From assembly GCA_963709345.1 (NCBI GenBank), contig CAVPVX010000011.1:64001-128000 (forward strand): a stretch of 64,000 nucleotides of DNA. The letters run 5' to 3'. Shown piece by piece: positions 27,698 to 37,893 of the stretch. Both the position numbers and the translations under genes were made by a program. Within the stretch, counting starts at the first letter, position 1. The number at the start of each line of letters is the position of its first letter. This DNA comes from an uncultured Actinomycetes bacterium. Its GTDB lineage: Bacteria; Actinomycetota; Thermoleophilia; UBA2241. The notes below the pieces were generated by a model. That model was not told the origin of the DNA. It saw only the letters and a list, made by a program, of their open reading frames with translations, and did no database searches.

Positions 27698-27908
27698 CAG
27701 TCAGCCGGGCACGGCCACCTGAGCCTGGCCGGCCGCGCCGCAAGCTGGTCACACCACAGTTGCTCCGGTAGAGAGAGACGGCTCCGCCGGAGCGACACGG
27801 GCCGGGACCACTTCGGTGGCCCCGGCTCTCCTGTGCCAGGCACGTTCACCGTGGCGGCCGGCGAGTGTCTGGATCCGTGGCTGCGCCCGCGGCGCCGGTC
27901 CCAGGGGC

Positions 27909-29093
27909 TCAGCCGGGAGCCGGACCCCCGGGCACGCCTGCGTCGGCAGGCGGCGGGCGCAGGAGGAGCGCCTCGTCTTCGTCGCAGCCCGTCGTCTCCC
28001 TGCGCGCCGCGCGCCGCGCATGTCGCAGCGCGATCAGGTCTCCGGCCAAGACCCAGCAGGCGGACGTGAGCGGGATCGCCAGCAGCACCCCGACGATCCC
28101 GGCGAGCACCGCTCCGACGAGCGCCGCGATGAAGACGATGAGAGGGCTGAGCGACACCGTCTTGCTGTACACGAGGTTCTGCAGGACGTTGTTCTCGAAC
28201 TGCTGGTACACGATGAAGAACACCACGAGCACGATGCCGGCGGTGACGCCTCCGGTGGCGAAGCCGACGATGGAGACGATCACCGCGCCGATGGTCGCGC
28301 CGACCAGCGGGATGATGTCGAGGACGGCGACGAGCACCGCGAGCGTCTCGGGATAGGGGATCCCGAGGATCCGGAGCACGATGTACGAGGTGATGCCTGC
28401 GACGAAGCTGATCGCGAGGTTGCCGCGCACGTATCCGCCGACGGCGCGCAGGAAATTCTCGCCGATGCGCTCCGCCCACACGCGTTCGCCGTCGATCATC
28501 ACGCCGAGCACGGAGCGCCAGGCCTTGGGACCTTCGATGAGCAACATGACCATGATCGTGAGGATGGTGATCACAGCGAACACGATGGACGCCGCCTTGC
28601 TCACGGCGCTGACGATGGTGTCCTGGTTGCCGAGCACGACCTTGGTGACCTCCTCGGGTGTCACCTCGGCGATGGTCTCGAGCACGTGGAACCTGGTCTC
28701 GAGGAAGTTGAGCTGCCCGCCCGTCCCGAGCAGGCTGTCGAGGAGGCCGGGGAGGGCGCGGATGAAGTCGTCTGACTGGAAGATGACGGGTAGCGCGACG
28801 GCGACGATGATCGCGATCAGCAGGGCGACCGTCGTCAGCGACACGACCAGCGCGGCGACGATGCGGTTCCACCGGTGACGCACCAGCCACCCTACGGCGG
28901 GCTGGAGCGCGATCGCGAGGATCACGCCGATGAGGACCCAGAGCAGGATGCTGCGGATCTGCTGGAGGACGAGAAGAAGGCCGATGATGGCGAGGACCGT
29001 CAGGGTGACGATGGCCGTGCGCCTGATGAGCTCGCCGGTGCGGATCTCGGGCGCGAAGACCGACTCCCTTGGCGGCGGGCTCTGGTCGCCCAT
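27909..29093 (-). CDS. AI-2E (PerM) family transporter
   Basis: GGYVRGNL, IIPLVGA, YQQFENNVLQ, GIVGVLLAIP motifs; many TM helices. Confidence 0.9.
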   Translation of the reverse strand: MGDQSPPPRESVFAPEIRTGELIRRTAIVTLTVLAIIGLLLVLQQIRSILLWVLIGVILAIALQPAVGWLVRHRWNRIVAALVVSLTTVALLIAIIVAVALPVIFQSDDFIRALPGLLDSLLGTGGQLNFLETRFHVLETIAEVTPEEVTKVVLGNQDTIVSAVSKAASIVFAVITILTIMVMLLIEGPKAWRSVLGVMIDGERVWAERIGENFLRAVGGYVRGNLAISFVAGITSYIVLRILGIPYPETLAVLVAVLDIIPLVGATIGAVIVSIVGFATGGVTAGIVLVVFFIVYQQFENNVLQNLVYSKTVSLSPLIVFIAALVGAVLAGIVGVLLAIPLTSACWVLAGDLIALRHARRAARRETTGCDEDEALLLRPPPADAGVPGGPAPG

Positions 29094-29175
29094 GTCGTCG
29101 TCACCTCCCGGATGTCGCCCTGCACGAACTACGTCGCACAGCGTATCATTGACGGGCCGCGCCGTCGGCGAGCGT

Positions 29176-29252
29176 GGGCCTATAGCTCAGTTGGTTAGAG
29201 CAGCCGACTCATAATCGGCCGGTCGCAGGTTCGAGTCCTGCTGGGCCCACCA
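29176..29252 (+). tRNA. tRNA with CAT anticodon, most likely tRNA-Ile2 (lysidine-modified)
   Basis: Cloverleaf GGGCCTATAGCTCAG...GACTCATAATCG...GGTTCGAGTCC...CCA; GGGCC acceptor and CTCATAA loop as in Ile2, lacks initiator features. Confidence 0.9.
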
Positions 29253-29424
29253 CGTTGCCATTTCGACAACGATTCTTCCCGCACGCGCAGTCTTCTGCCT
29301 ACCCGGTCGCGCTCCCCTGTGAATCGATGCCAGGCGGGTATGCCTCGCGGATCACGCCGGCTACCCCGGGCTTGAGCGCGAAGGGGGTGCTTGGTCGAGG
29401 GTCCACATGGCGCGTGCTCCACGA

Positions 29425-29700
29425 TCATCCGACGCTGTTGACCGGCGCGTCCAGGCGGGTGTGCGCGTCGGGTACGGCCGCGGCGCGGGAGCGAACGTCG
29501 GCCTGGGCCGACAGATCGGCGGTGAGGACATCGATCTCGCTGTCCGGGGAGGGGCGGCGCAGGAGCGCCGCCGCCGACTCAGCGCGGCCAGGTTCCTGGC
29601 CGATCATGCCGACGCGGGCGACGACCTGGGCAAGGGCCGCGGCCGTGGCCCTTGCAGTCTCGCCGCTGCCATCGGTCACGAGGACGGTCTTCCCGCTCAT
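29425..29700 (-). pseudogene. Truncated short-chain dehydrogenase fragment
   Basis: MSGKTVLVTDGSGE (degenerate TGxxxG), ADLSAQADVR, RLDAPVNSVG then stop. Confidence 0.6.
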
Positions 29701-29749
29701 GAGACTTCGGGCGGCCGGGGGTGCAGGGTACTCCGATGCTCACGCCAGG

Positions 29750-30712
29750 CTAGATCGTGATCACGACGTTCCCGGTCTTCTGCCCCGTCTCGACGTATCG
29801 AAAGGCCTCGACGATCCGGTCCAGGGGGTAGCGCCTGTCGATGACCGCCTCATACCTCCCTGCGTCGACGAGCTCCTTGACGAGGGACACGGCCTTCTTG
29901 TTCACCTCGGGGTTCGGGAAACTGACCCGCTTGCCGCCGATCTTCCACGGCCAGAGTGCCAGCAGGGTGTTCTGCCAGAGGAAACCGAACTCCGACGAGA
30001 GGAACACCCCATCGTCCTTGAGGAGCTTCCGGCAGCGCCCGAACGAGCTCTTGCCGACCGTGTCGAAGACGGCGTCGTACTCCTGACCCCGCCGTGTGAA
30101 GTCCTCCACGGTGTAGTCGATGACGGCGTCGGCGCCCAGGGACCTCACGAGGTCCAGGTGCCTGGTGTCGCACACAGCCGTCACCTCCGCCGCGTAGTAC
30201 TTGGCGAGCTGTACCGCGGCGGAGCCGATGGATCCGGAGGCGCCGTTGATGAGGACGCGCTGTCCGGCGCGCAGGCCGGCAGTCCTGATGAACCCCATGG
30301 CGAGCGTCGCCCCATCGCAGATCGCCGCGGCCTCCTCGTAGCCCATGGTCGCCGGCTTCTGCGTGATGGGCGCTGCCTCAGGCAGGCACACGTACTCGGC
30401 GTGGGCTCCGAGGTGAAGCTTGGTCAGCCCGAACACCTGGTCGCCCGGCTTGAATGACCGGACGTCCTTGCCTACCGCCTCCACTTCTCCAGCCAGCTCA
30501 TTGCCGAGGATGGTCGCCCTGGGCCGGAGGAGGCCGGTGAAGAACCGGTTGATGAGCGGCTGCGCCCGGAGGAAGGCGGTGTCGGTGCGGTTCACGGTCG
30601 TCGCGTGAATCCGTATCAGGACCTCGTCCTCCTTCGGCACAGGCTTTGCCACCTCCACAAGACGGAGAACGACGTCCGGTGGGCCGTACCTTGAGTGCAC
30701 GCCTGCTTTCAT
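29750..30712 (-). CDS. NAD(P)-dependent medium-chain dehydrogenase/reductase (quinone-reductase type)
   Basis: YGPPDV, LGNELAGEVEAVG, VLINGASGSIG, LGADAVIDY, VIDRRYPL, GNVVI. Confidence 0.9.
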   Translation of the reverse strand: MKAGVHSRYGPPDVVLRLVEVAKPVPKEDEVLIRIHATTVNRTDTAFLRAQPLINRFFTGLLRPRATILGNELAGEVEAVGKDVRSFKPGDQVFGLTKLHLGAHAEYVCLPEAAPITQKPATMGYEEAAAICDGATLAMGFIRTAGLRAGQRVLINGASGSIGSAAVQLAKYYAAEVTAVCDTRHLDLVRSLGADAVIDYTVEDFTRRGQEYDAVFDTVGKSSFGRCRKLLKDDGVFLSSEFGFLWQNTLLALWPWKIGGKRVSFPNPEVNKKAVSLVKELVDAGRYEAVIDRRYPLDRIVEAFRYVETGQKTGNVVITI

Positions 30713-30768
30713 GGGTCACCTATGGGCCGATGTAGTGAAGCCCTCGCGTCGGCTGTTCTTGAGTCTGA

Positions 30769-31470
30769 TCAACGTGAGCCTAAGTCCAGCAGACCCTGCA
30801 GTCCATCGAGGATGAGGCCGAGGCCGAACTGGAAGTCGGCGCTCTCGTCGTAGCCGACCTGCATGGCGTGGTCGGTGATCACCTCGGTGAGGTACGGGTA
30901 CTGGTCGGCGGGGACTGCGCTAAGGAACGCTTCGGTCGTCTCCTCCGGCGGAGCATCGCCGCCGGGTGACATGTGGAACTGCTGGCGTCCAAAGCCGTAG
31001 ATGTAGCTGTCGAGCACGGAGAACGCGCGGACGGCCAGCTCGAGCGAGAACCCCGCTCGCCGCAGAGTCCCGATCACCCAGTCGAAGTACCTCAGCCTCT
31101 CAGGACCGCTGCTCGCGCGCGAGTCGATCAGGGCGCTTGCCCACGGGTGACGTGAGAAGACGTCGTGGGCGGAGGTGGCTCTCCTGCGCATGGCCTCCCG
31201 CCAGTCCACCTCGTACGAGGGGAGATCGATCTCGCTCACAACGAGGTCGATCATGCCGTCGAGGATGTCATCCTTGTTGGCGACGTGGTTGTACAGAGAC
31301 ATCGCCTCGACCCCAAGCCGCTGACCGAGCTCGCGCATGGTGAGTGCGTCGATGCCGCCTTCGTCCGCGACGCCTATGGCCGCACGCAACACCCGTTCCC
31401 TGCTGAGTGGGGTCCGCGGCTCCGGGTTCGGTTTCGAGGATGTCTTCATGGGCCTTTCTGCGGTTGACAT
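30769..31470 (-). CDS. TetR family regulator (TetR_C type)
   Basis: LSRERVLRAA...LTMRELGQRLGVEAMSLYNHVANKDDIL HTH; FQFGLGLILDGL. Confidence 0.92.
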   Translation of the reverse strand: MSTAERPMKTSSKPNPEPRTPLSRERVLRAAIGVADEGGIDALTMRELGQRLGVEAMSLYNHVANKDDILDGMIDLVVSEIDLPSYEVDWREAMRRRATSAHDVFSRHPWASALIDSRASSGPERLRYFDWVIGTLRRAGFSLELAVRAFSVLDSYIYGFGRQQFHMSPGGDAPPEETTEAFLSAVPADQYPYLTEVITDHAMQVGYDESADFQFGLGLILDGLQGLLDLGSR

Positions 31471-31506
31471 ACTTACGGCGTAAGTCTATGATGCTTACAA
31501 CGTAAG
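31464..31506 (+). promoter_or_regulatory. Sigma70 promoter with two TetR-type operators
   Basis: TTGACA(31464)-17-TATGAT(31487); palindromes ACTTACggcGTAAGT (31471-31485) and CTTACaacGTAAG (31494-31506) between divergent tetR and target. Confidence 0.8.
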
Positions 31507-31534
31507 TCAGTCTACCACAGAATAGGAGAGCAAG

Positions 31535-32272
31535 ATGAAGACGCTCAGTCAGGGCACTTCGGGTCAGCAGAAGGCGGGCGGCCTCGCCGCACTCTACCTG
31601 GCGCTGGCCTACCTGGTCGCGATGCCCTATTTCCTGGTCGTGGTCAACTACCCCAGCGTCGTCGACCCTCTCAAGAAGGTGGCCCTCCTCGCGGACAACC
31701 GGGGCAGCATGCACGTCATGCACCTCATCACCTATGTGATCTTCGGACTCGTCCTTGCCGTCCTCGCATTGGCGCTCTACAACCGATTGAAGGACGGGAT
31801 GCCGGCGACCATGCAGATCGCGACCGCCGTGGGGCTCATCTGGGCGGTCGCTCTCGTCGCCAGTGGCTTGGTCTTCAACTCCGGCATGGGGACGGTAGCC
31901 GAGCTCTATCACTCACACCCGGCTCAGGCCGTATCGGCCTGGCAGGCGATCGAGCCCGTGACGGATGGCCTCAGCGGCTCCGGCGGAGAGATTCTCGGCG
32001 GCGCGTGGGTCCTGCTCGTGAGCTGGGCGGCTCTGCGCACGGGCGGGCTGCCCAAGATGCTGAGCTGGCTGGGACTGGGAATCGGCGCGATAGGCATTCT
32101 CTCGGTCGTCCCGGTCCTGAAGGACGCGGCTTACGGCTTCGGGCTGCTTCAGATCGTCTGGCTCACGTGGCTCGGGATCGCGATGCTGCGCACGGCCACG
32201 AGCCGGGCGGAGCAGACCGTACCGGACGCCAAGGTGGCGCAGACCCAGGAAGTTGCACCCAGCAGCTGCTAG
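31535..32272 (+). CDS. DUF4386-like membrane protein
   Basis: About six TM helices, GGEILGGAWVLLVS motif; AGGAG RBS; divergent from tetR. Confidence 0.7.
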   Translation: MKTLSQGTSGQQKAGGLAALYLALAYLVAMPYFLVVVNYPSVVDPLKKVALLADNRGSMHVMHLITYVIFGLVLAVLALALYNRLKDGMPATMQIATAVGLIWAVALVASGLVFNSGMGTVAELYHSHPAQAVSAWQAIEPVTDGLSGSGGEILGGAWVLLVSWAALRTGGLPKMLSWLGLGIGAIGILSVVPVLKDAAYGFGLLQIVWLTWLGIAMLRTATSRAEQTVPDAKVAQTQEVAPSSC

Positions 32273-32483
32273 CTCGCGGCCTATCCAGGGCTTCCAGCAG
32301 AAAGCACGCCCCCCGCGTATCCACGGGGGCGTGCTTGTCCTTGAAGCCGAGTCTGCCGTGCCGTTTCAGCACGAACCCAAGCGCCATGGCGTCATTGTCA
32401 CGGCGCTTCAGCCCGCGCCAAGAAACCAGCTGCCAAGTAGGCCTCGCAGCTTGATGCGTATGCTCGAGAGCTGTCCAGTCAGG

Positions 32484-33816
32484 TTAGCGTCCATAGCGCT
32501 TTGCGACCTCGATCATCTTCTTGACGTTCTCTCGTTTGGCCTCGTCGAGGAAGGCCGAGAAGTCCATCATGAAGCCGCCGCCCTTGCCGCAGACCTCGGC
32601 GAGCTTCACGCAGTAGGCTTCGACTTCGTCTACAGACGCCGTGGCCAGCAGCGCGCTGGACACGTTGCCCTCGATGCACTGCGAGCCCTCGAGCACTTCT
32701 TTCGCAAGGAAGGCGTCGCTGCCGCTCTCGAGGTGGATCAGGCACGTCCCCGCGGGGATCTCCTTGAAGTGGTGCAGGCGCGAGTCGTACTTGCCCTGCG
32801 TGAAGACCCACACGAGCAGACCCTCTTCCACCAGGCCGAGGATGAGTTTCTTGAGCGTCGGCCAGTAGAACTCCTCGTACTGCGCCTCGGACATGAGGCC
32901 GTCGGCGCCTTTGTAGAGGTAGAGGGTGACGATCGGGTGCCCGAGGGCCTTGGCCCCGTCGATGCCATACTGCAGTTGCCAGGGGAGCAGACGCTCCATG
33001 AGAGCGGTCATCTTCTCCGGCCTGGTGTACATGTCGACGATCGTGCCGCGCCAGCCGCGGTAGTAGTTGCTGATGATGTCGAACGGCGCGTGGGCCATGG
33101 GACCCAAGAGGTGCGGGAGGGCCAGCCGGCCACCCAGTTCCTGGTCGATGCGCCCAAGGTAGTCGTACCACTCCTGCACGGCCTCGCCGGACGCTTGAAG
33201 CGCCTTCATGGCATCGACCACACCGGGGTTCTCGGCCGCGGCCAGGACCAGGTCGGGCAGGCCCTGGAAGAATGCGACCATGTTGCGGAGCGGCGGCAAT
33301 TGTGCCAGCGGCTCGAGCTTGGGAGAGAGCCGGGGCAGGTACTTGCGCAGGATCCAGTCCGACGGGTCGTCCAGATACTCGTCGTACTCATCGGCCTTCA
33401 TGTACTCGGCTTCCACGAACTGGAACGACGTGTCGTCGGGCAGGTGGATGCCGGGCAGGCGCATGCGCTTCCAGTCCAGTGCCTCGAACATGCCTGCCGG
33501 AAAGATGAACTCGGGCCCGGTGTAGGCGTCGAAGTCCGTGTCCTCGTACTGCCGCACGTAGGCAGCGAACGCCTTGTCGAACTCGGTCATCGCCTCCCTG
33601 AACGTCACGGGAACGTAGTCGAAGGCGAACTTCTGGATGGCGGCGGGGATGACCGGGATCTTGCCGGTGTCCTTGAGCCGGATGGTGTCGATGATGAGCT
33701 GGGCTCTGGCCTGGTAGCTCTTCCTGGCCTCGTCGTTCGCGAAGTGCAGATGCGCGCCGCTCACCCAGCTGGGCGATGAGGCGATCGCCGAGCTTCTCTT
33801 CTGCTGCGTGCTGCAT
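32484..33816 (-). CDS. Uroporphyrinogen-decarboxylase-family (corrinoid methyltransferase-like) protein; probable 5' frameshift near 33765
   Basis: FQFVEAEYMKADEYD, APFDIIS..RG, KGADGLMSEAQYEEFYWPTLKK, CIEGNV, GGGFMM; RBS+ATG at 33816 is out of frame with the main ORF (33764). Confidence 0.8.
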
Positions 33817-34454
33817 CAGGCGCCTCCGTCGGTCCACTCGGCGGCGAGCTTGATGGCGTGACTCACGTCGTGCGCCCCAGCCGTCGGCCCCCGTGTACGC
33901 GCGCACGTTCTCGTCGACCGGGGCGCCGCCGATCATGATCTTGACCTTGTCGCGGAGGCCGGCGGCCGCGATGCCGTCGACGGTACTCTTCATGGCGTCG
34001 AAGGCCAACGTGAGCAGCCCGCTCAGCCCCACGATGTCGGCGTCGTGCTCCTTGATGGCGGCGACGAAGTCCTCGACCGGCACGTCCGTGCCGAGATCGT
34101 GAACGGTGTAGCCTTCCGATGCCCGAGCATGAGCGCCACGATGTCTTTGCCGATGTCGTGGATGTCGCCGCGGACCGTGCCGATGACGACCGTGCCCTTT
34201 GGGCTCTGCGTGTCGGGATCGCTTCCCTCCGGCATCACTTCTTGCGAGATGCTCTTCATGATCTCGCCGCCCATGATGAGCTCGGGGATGAACGCCTCAC
34301 CATCGGCGAAGCGGCGACCGATCACCTGCATCGCCTCGCTGCTCTCCGCGATGATGGTCAGCGGGTCCGTTCCGCCGGCCAACATGCGCCTGGCGAGCGT
34401 CAGCGCCTCGTCCATGCGCAAGCTCACGATCGCGTCCGTCAACCCTTGAGGCAT
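33816..34454 (-). pseudogene. Corrinoid (B12-binding) protein, frameshifted twice
   Basis: Cap domain (FIPELIMGGEIM), GTVRGDIHDIGKDIV DxHxxG motif, continues in another frame as GLSGLLT..IMIGGAP..GADGWG. Confidence 0.85.
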
Positions 34455-34509
34455 GCTTCCCCCTCGATCCGCCGGTGGTGCGGACAGCACTGTAGCAGAC
34501 AGACCGCCA

Positions 34510-34546
34510 TACCTGTCTAGACAGGTAATGCGAATCATGCTACAAT
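34510..34546. promoter_or_regulatory. GntR/HutC-type operator overlapping a promoter
   Basis: Perfect 18-bp palindrome TACCTGTCTAGACAGGTA (34510-34527) with GTCTAGAC core; TAGACA-17-TACAAT with TG extension. Confidence 0.75.
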
Positions 34547-34589
34547 CCAGCCTCGACAAGGCGGCGTCGAGCCCCAAGCTGGAGAGCGT

Positions 34590-35352
34590 GTGAGCAAGCT
34601 CAGGCCCATCGATCGTTCGTCGTTCGAGCCCCCCTACGCACAGGTGGCGCGCGGCATGCGCGAGCGCATCAGGAACGGGGAGTATCGGGCCGGCGACCGC
34701 CTCCCTTCCGAGGCGGAGCTCTGCGCGCTGTACGGCGTCAGCCGCATGACGGTCCGCCGGGCGGTGACTCTCCTGGCGCAGGATGGCGTCGTGTTCACGG
34801 AGAACGGACGCGGGACCTTCGTCAGGGCCCCGGAACTCGGGGCGGCGACGTTCGACCTCGGCAGCCTGCGGCGCCTCGTCGACGACGCCGCCACGACGGT
34901 GAAGATCAGCGAGGCACGGATCGTGCCGCCCTCCCCGCGGGTGTGCCGCAAGCTCGCGGTCGACGCCGAGTCTCCCGTGGTCGCCATCAAGCGCGTCCTC
35001 AGCAGCGCCGGCAGACCGGTCTTCTACCACAGCGAGTATCTCGTCTTTGACCCACGGCGTCCGCTCGTCGAAGCCGAATACGGCGTGACCGCGCTCCGCG
35101 ACCTCCTTGCGAACGCCGGGAAGTCGGGCTTCAAGTACGGCCGCCTCGAGCTGCACGCCTCCACGCTCACGGAGACCGAGGCCTCGTACCTCGGCGAAGA
35201 GCCGGGCCTGTCGGCGTGGGTGATCGAGCATCTCTTCTTCGACTTCGAGAACCGACCGGTGAGCTGGGGCCGGTTCGTCGGCAGGTCCGACCGCCTCGAC
35301 TTCTCGACGACGGTCGGCGTTCCCGGACGTCGGGAAGGGGGCAAGCGAATGA
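34590..35352 (+). CDS. GntR (HutC/UTRA) transcriptional regulator; as sequenced it runs in frame into the next gene
   Basis: GDRLPSEAELCALYGVSRMTVRRA...GRGTFV winged HTH followed by a UTRA-like domain. Confidence 0.88.
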
Positions 35353-35994
35353 CTCCTTCGTCCGCAGCCGACCTGACGGGACTGATCGTGGGGATGGACC
35401 AGCGCGGCAGCCTCGACGCCATCCGCGAGCGGCTCGCCACCGGCGAGGACCCGCGCAGGCTGATGGAGGAGTGCCGCGCGGGGATGGAAGCAGGTCGGCA
35501 AGATGTACGAGAGCGGCGAGTACTTCGTCTCCGCGCTCATCATGGCCGGGGAGATCTTCCGCCAGGCCGCGGACATGCTGCTTCCTCTGATGACGGCCGC
35601 GGAGTGTCCACAGGATTCGCGCAAGGTCGTCATCGCGACGGTCAAGGGCGACATCCACGACATCGGCAAGAACATCGCGGTGACGCTGCTCGAGGCTCGA
35701 GGCTTCACGGTCGTCGACCTGGGTGTCGACGTCGATCCGGAGCTGATCGCGGACGCGGTCGTTGCGGAGCGCCCCGACGTGCTCGGGCTCTCGTGCCTCC
35801 TGACCACGGGGTTCGAGACCTTGCGCGAGACGATCGCGTTCGCGCGCGAGCGCACCGCCGACTGGGAGCAGCGCCTGCCGGTGGTGATCGGCGGAACGAC
35901 CGTCGACCAGCACACGGCGGACTACGCGGATGCGGACGGCTGGTGTACCGACGCAGCCGACGGGATCGCCGTGGTGCACTCCTTGCTGGGCTGA
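35349..35994 (+). CDS. Second corrinoid (B12-binding) protein, frameshift near 35490
   Basis: Cap domain in the GntR frame, then EYFVSALIMAGEIF, ATVKGDIHDIGKNI, GLSCLLT, VIGG, ADGWCTDA in the 35503 frame. Confidence 0.82.
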
Positions 35995-36029
35995 CACCGG
36001 GCAAGCTCTGCCATCGGCGAGTGGATTCC

Positions 36030-36700
36030 CTGATCACGGGAGGTCAAGGACGACGACGGGCCGAGGAACGCCTCAATGCGCCGACGACGCCGCCGTCAAG
36101 CTCGCCCGGAAGGTCACCGGCCGGGAGACCGTGGTGTCCACGAACGGCAGCTTCCACGGGCGCACGATCAGCATGGTGTCCGCGACCGGCCAGGCCAGAC
36201 ACCGCGACACGTTCCGGCCGCCGGCTATCTGCGCGGTGTCTCCGACCTCTGCCACGCCAACGGCTCGTTGCTGATCGTCGACGAGGTGCAGACCGGGTTC
36301 TGCCGCACCGGTCCGGTGTTCGCCGTGAGCGCCTCCGGAGCCAGAGCCGACTTCATGACCATGGCCAAGGGCATCGCCGGCGGGTTCCCGCTCGGCGCGT
36401 TCGCGATGAGCGAAGACGTGGCGGCGAGGGTGGAGCCGGGCGACCACGGTGGCACGTACTGCGGCAACCTGCTCGGTTGCGCGGTGGCGCACGCTGTTCT
36501 CCGTCACCTGCTGGTCGAGTTCGCCGACGACGCGACTGCTGCGGCGGTCGCCGCCGAGTGCCGCTCGCGGCGGGTCTTCGTACGCCAGACGCAGGGCAAC
36601 GGCGTCCGCGTGTTCCCGGCGCTCACCATCACGCGCGAGGAGCTTGTAGGCGGCCTGGCGACGATGCGCGAGGCCGTCGGGGCGGCGGGCGGTCGTGACC
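36030..36700 (+). pseudogene. Class III (ArgD-like) aminotransferase remnant with deletions and frameshifts
   Basis: AAVKLARK...SFHGRT in one frame; LLIVDEVQTGFCRTG, AKGIAGGFPLG, HGGTYCGN in another; central and C-terminal parts missing. Confidence 0.8.
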
Positions 36701-36845
36701 CGGGTCACCGTGATCGGGCCGAGGGCGATGGGGAGCACCCTTGCGAGGGCGCGGCTCGAGCTCGGGCACGAGGTGACGGTGTGGAACCGGAGCTTGACGG
36801 ACGGTTGGCGAGATCCTCGGCCGCGCCCGACCCGACGGGTCGCCG

Positions 36846-37820
36846 TCAGAGCACGTTCGTGAGGATCAGCGCCGTGACGACCACCGCGAGGCCGATGCGG
36901 TAGTAGCCGAAGATCGCGAGGCTGTGGCGGTTCAGGTAGCCCACCATCCACTTGATCGAGAGCGCGGCGGCGACGAACGCCACGACGACCCCGACGATCG
37001 GCGCCATGATCCCCAGCGTGTCGACGATGAGCTGACCCTCCTGCACGGTCTGCACCAGAGTGGCTCCCGTGAGGGTGACGAGGCCGAGGAGGAAGCTGTA
37101 CTCCACCGACGCCTGGGTGCTCAGGCCGACGAGGCGGCCGCCGAGGATCGTCGTCAGGCTGCGGCTGACCCCAGGCCACATGGCGACGCACTGGAGCAGG
37201 CCGACGATGAAGGCCCGGCCCAGCGTGAGCTCCTCCAGCGTCGCGCCTTCGGAGGGCGTGTGCCCGGTGCGCCGGTCGTGGCGCGCCACGACGAGGATCA
37301 CGAGCCCGCCGACGACCCAGGCCGCGGTGATGGGCCAGAGGTGGAACAGGTAGTCCTTGAGGAGTTGCTCGGCGAGCAGGCCGATGACCACGGCCGGGAC
37401 GACGGACGCGACCAGGGCCACCGCTATGCGGCGGCCGCCCGGGTCGCGGCCCACGATGCCGCGCAGCATGCTCCAGATGCGCCGCGCGTACAGGACGAGG
37501 ACGGCGAGGATCGCTCCGAACTGGATGACGATCACGTAGGCGTCGGCGGCGCGCTTGGCCTCCTCGCTGTCGTTCAGGCCAAGAGCATGAGCCGCCAGCA
37601 GCAGGTGCCCGGTCGAGCTGACGGGGAGGTACTCGGTAACGCCCTCCACGACGCCGAGGACGACCGCGTCCGTCAGCGAGAGGCCGTCGCCCTGCGTCGC
37701 GGCGTTGGTCGCCGTCCCGACGGGCGGCGCCGCGGCGGTGGACGGCTGGGCGAAGCCGAGTGCGGCCGCGAGCAGCAGGACCGCGACGAGCGTCACGTAG
37801 TGGCGGGGAGCGAGTCGCAT
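36846..37820 (-). CDS. uppP: Undecaprenyl-diphosphatase
   Basis: GVVEGVTEYLPVSSTGHL, IQFGAILAV, PGVSRS, FGYYRI. Confidence 0.93.
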   Translation of the reverse strand: MRLAPRHYVTLVAVLLLAAALGFAQPSTAAAPPVGTATNAATQGDGLSLTDAVVLGVVEGVTEYLPVSSTGHLLLAAHALGLNDSEEAKRAADAYVIVIQFGAILAVLVLYARRIWSMLRGIVGRDPGGRRIAVALVASVVPAVVIGLLAEQLLKDYLFHLWPITAAWVVGGLVILVVARHDRRTGHTPSEGATLEELTLGRAFIVGLLQCVAMWPGVSRSLTTILGGRLVGLSTQASVEYSFLLGLVTLTGATLVQTVQEGQLIVDTLGIMAPIVGVVVAFVAAALSIKWMVGYLNRHSLAIFGYYRIGLAVVVTALILTNVL

Positions 37821-37893
37821 GGTGGCAGAGTATATGCGGAGACGATCCGCGCCGCGCCCCGGCGGGTGTGCGTCCTGCGTCGCGCCCGGAGCC

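Noticed and set aside
32484-35994. Selenocysteine or pyrrolysine recoding in the methyltransferase/corrinoid genes
   Set aside because: The interruptions are frame changes, not in-frame TGA/TAG codons.
29253-36840. Integrated element at the CAT tRNA
   Set aside because: Accessory-looking and pseudogene-rich, but no integrase or duplicated tRNA 3' end was found.
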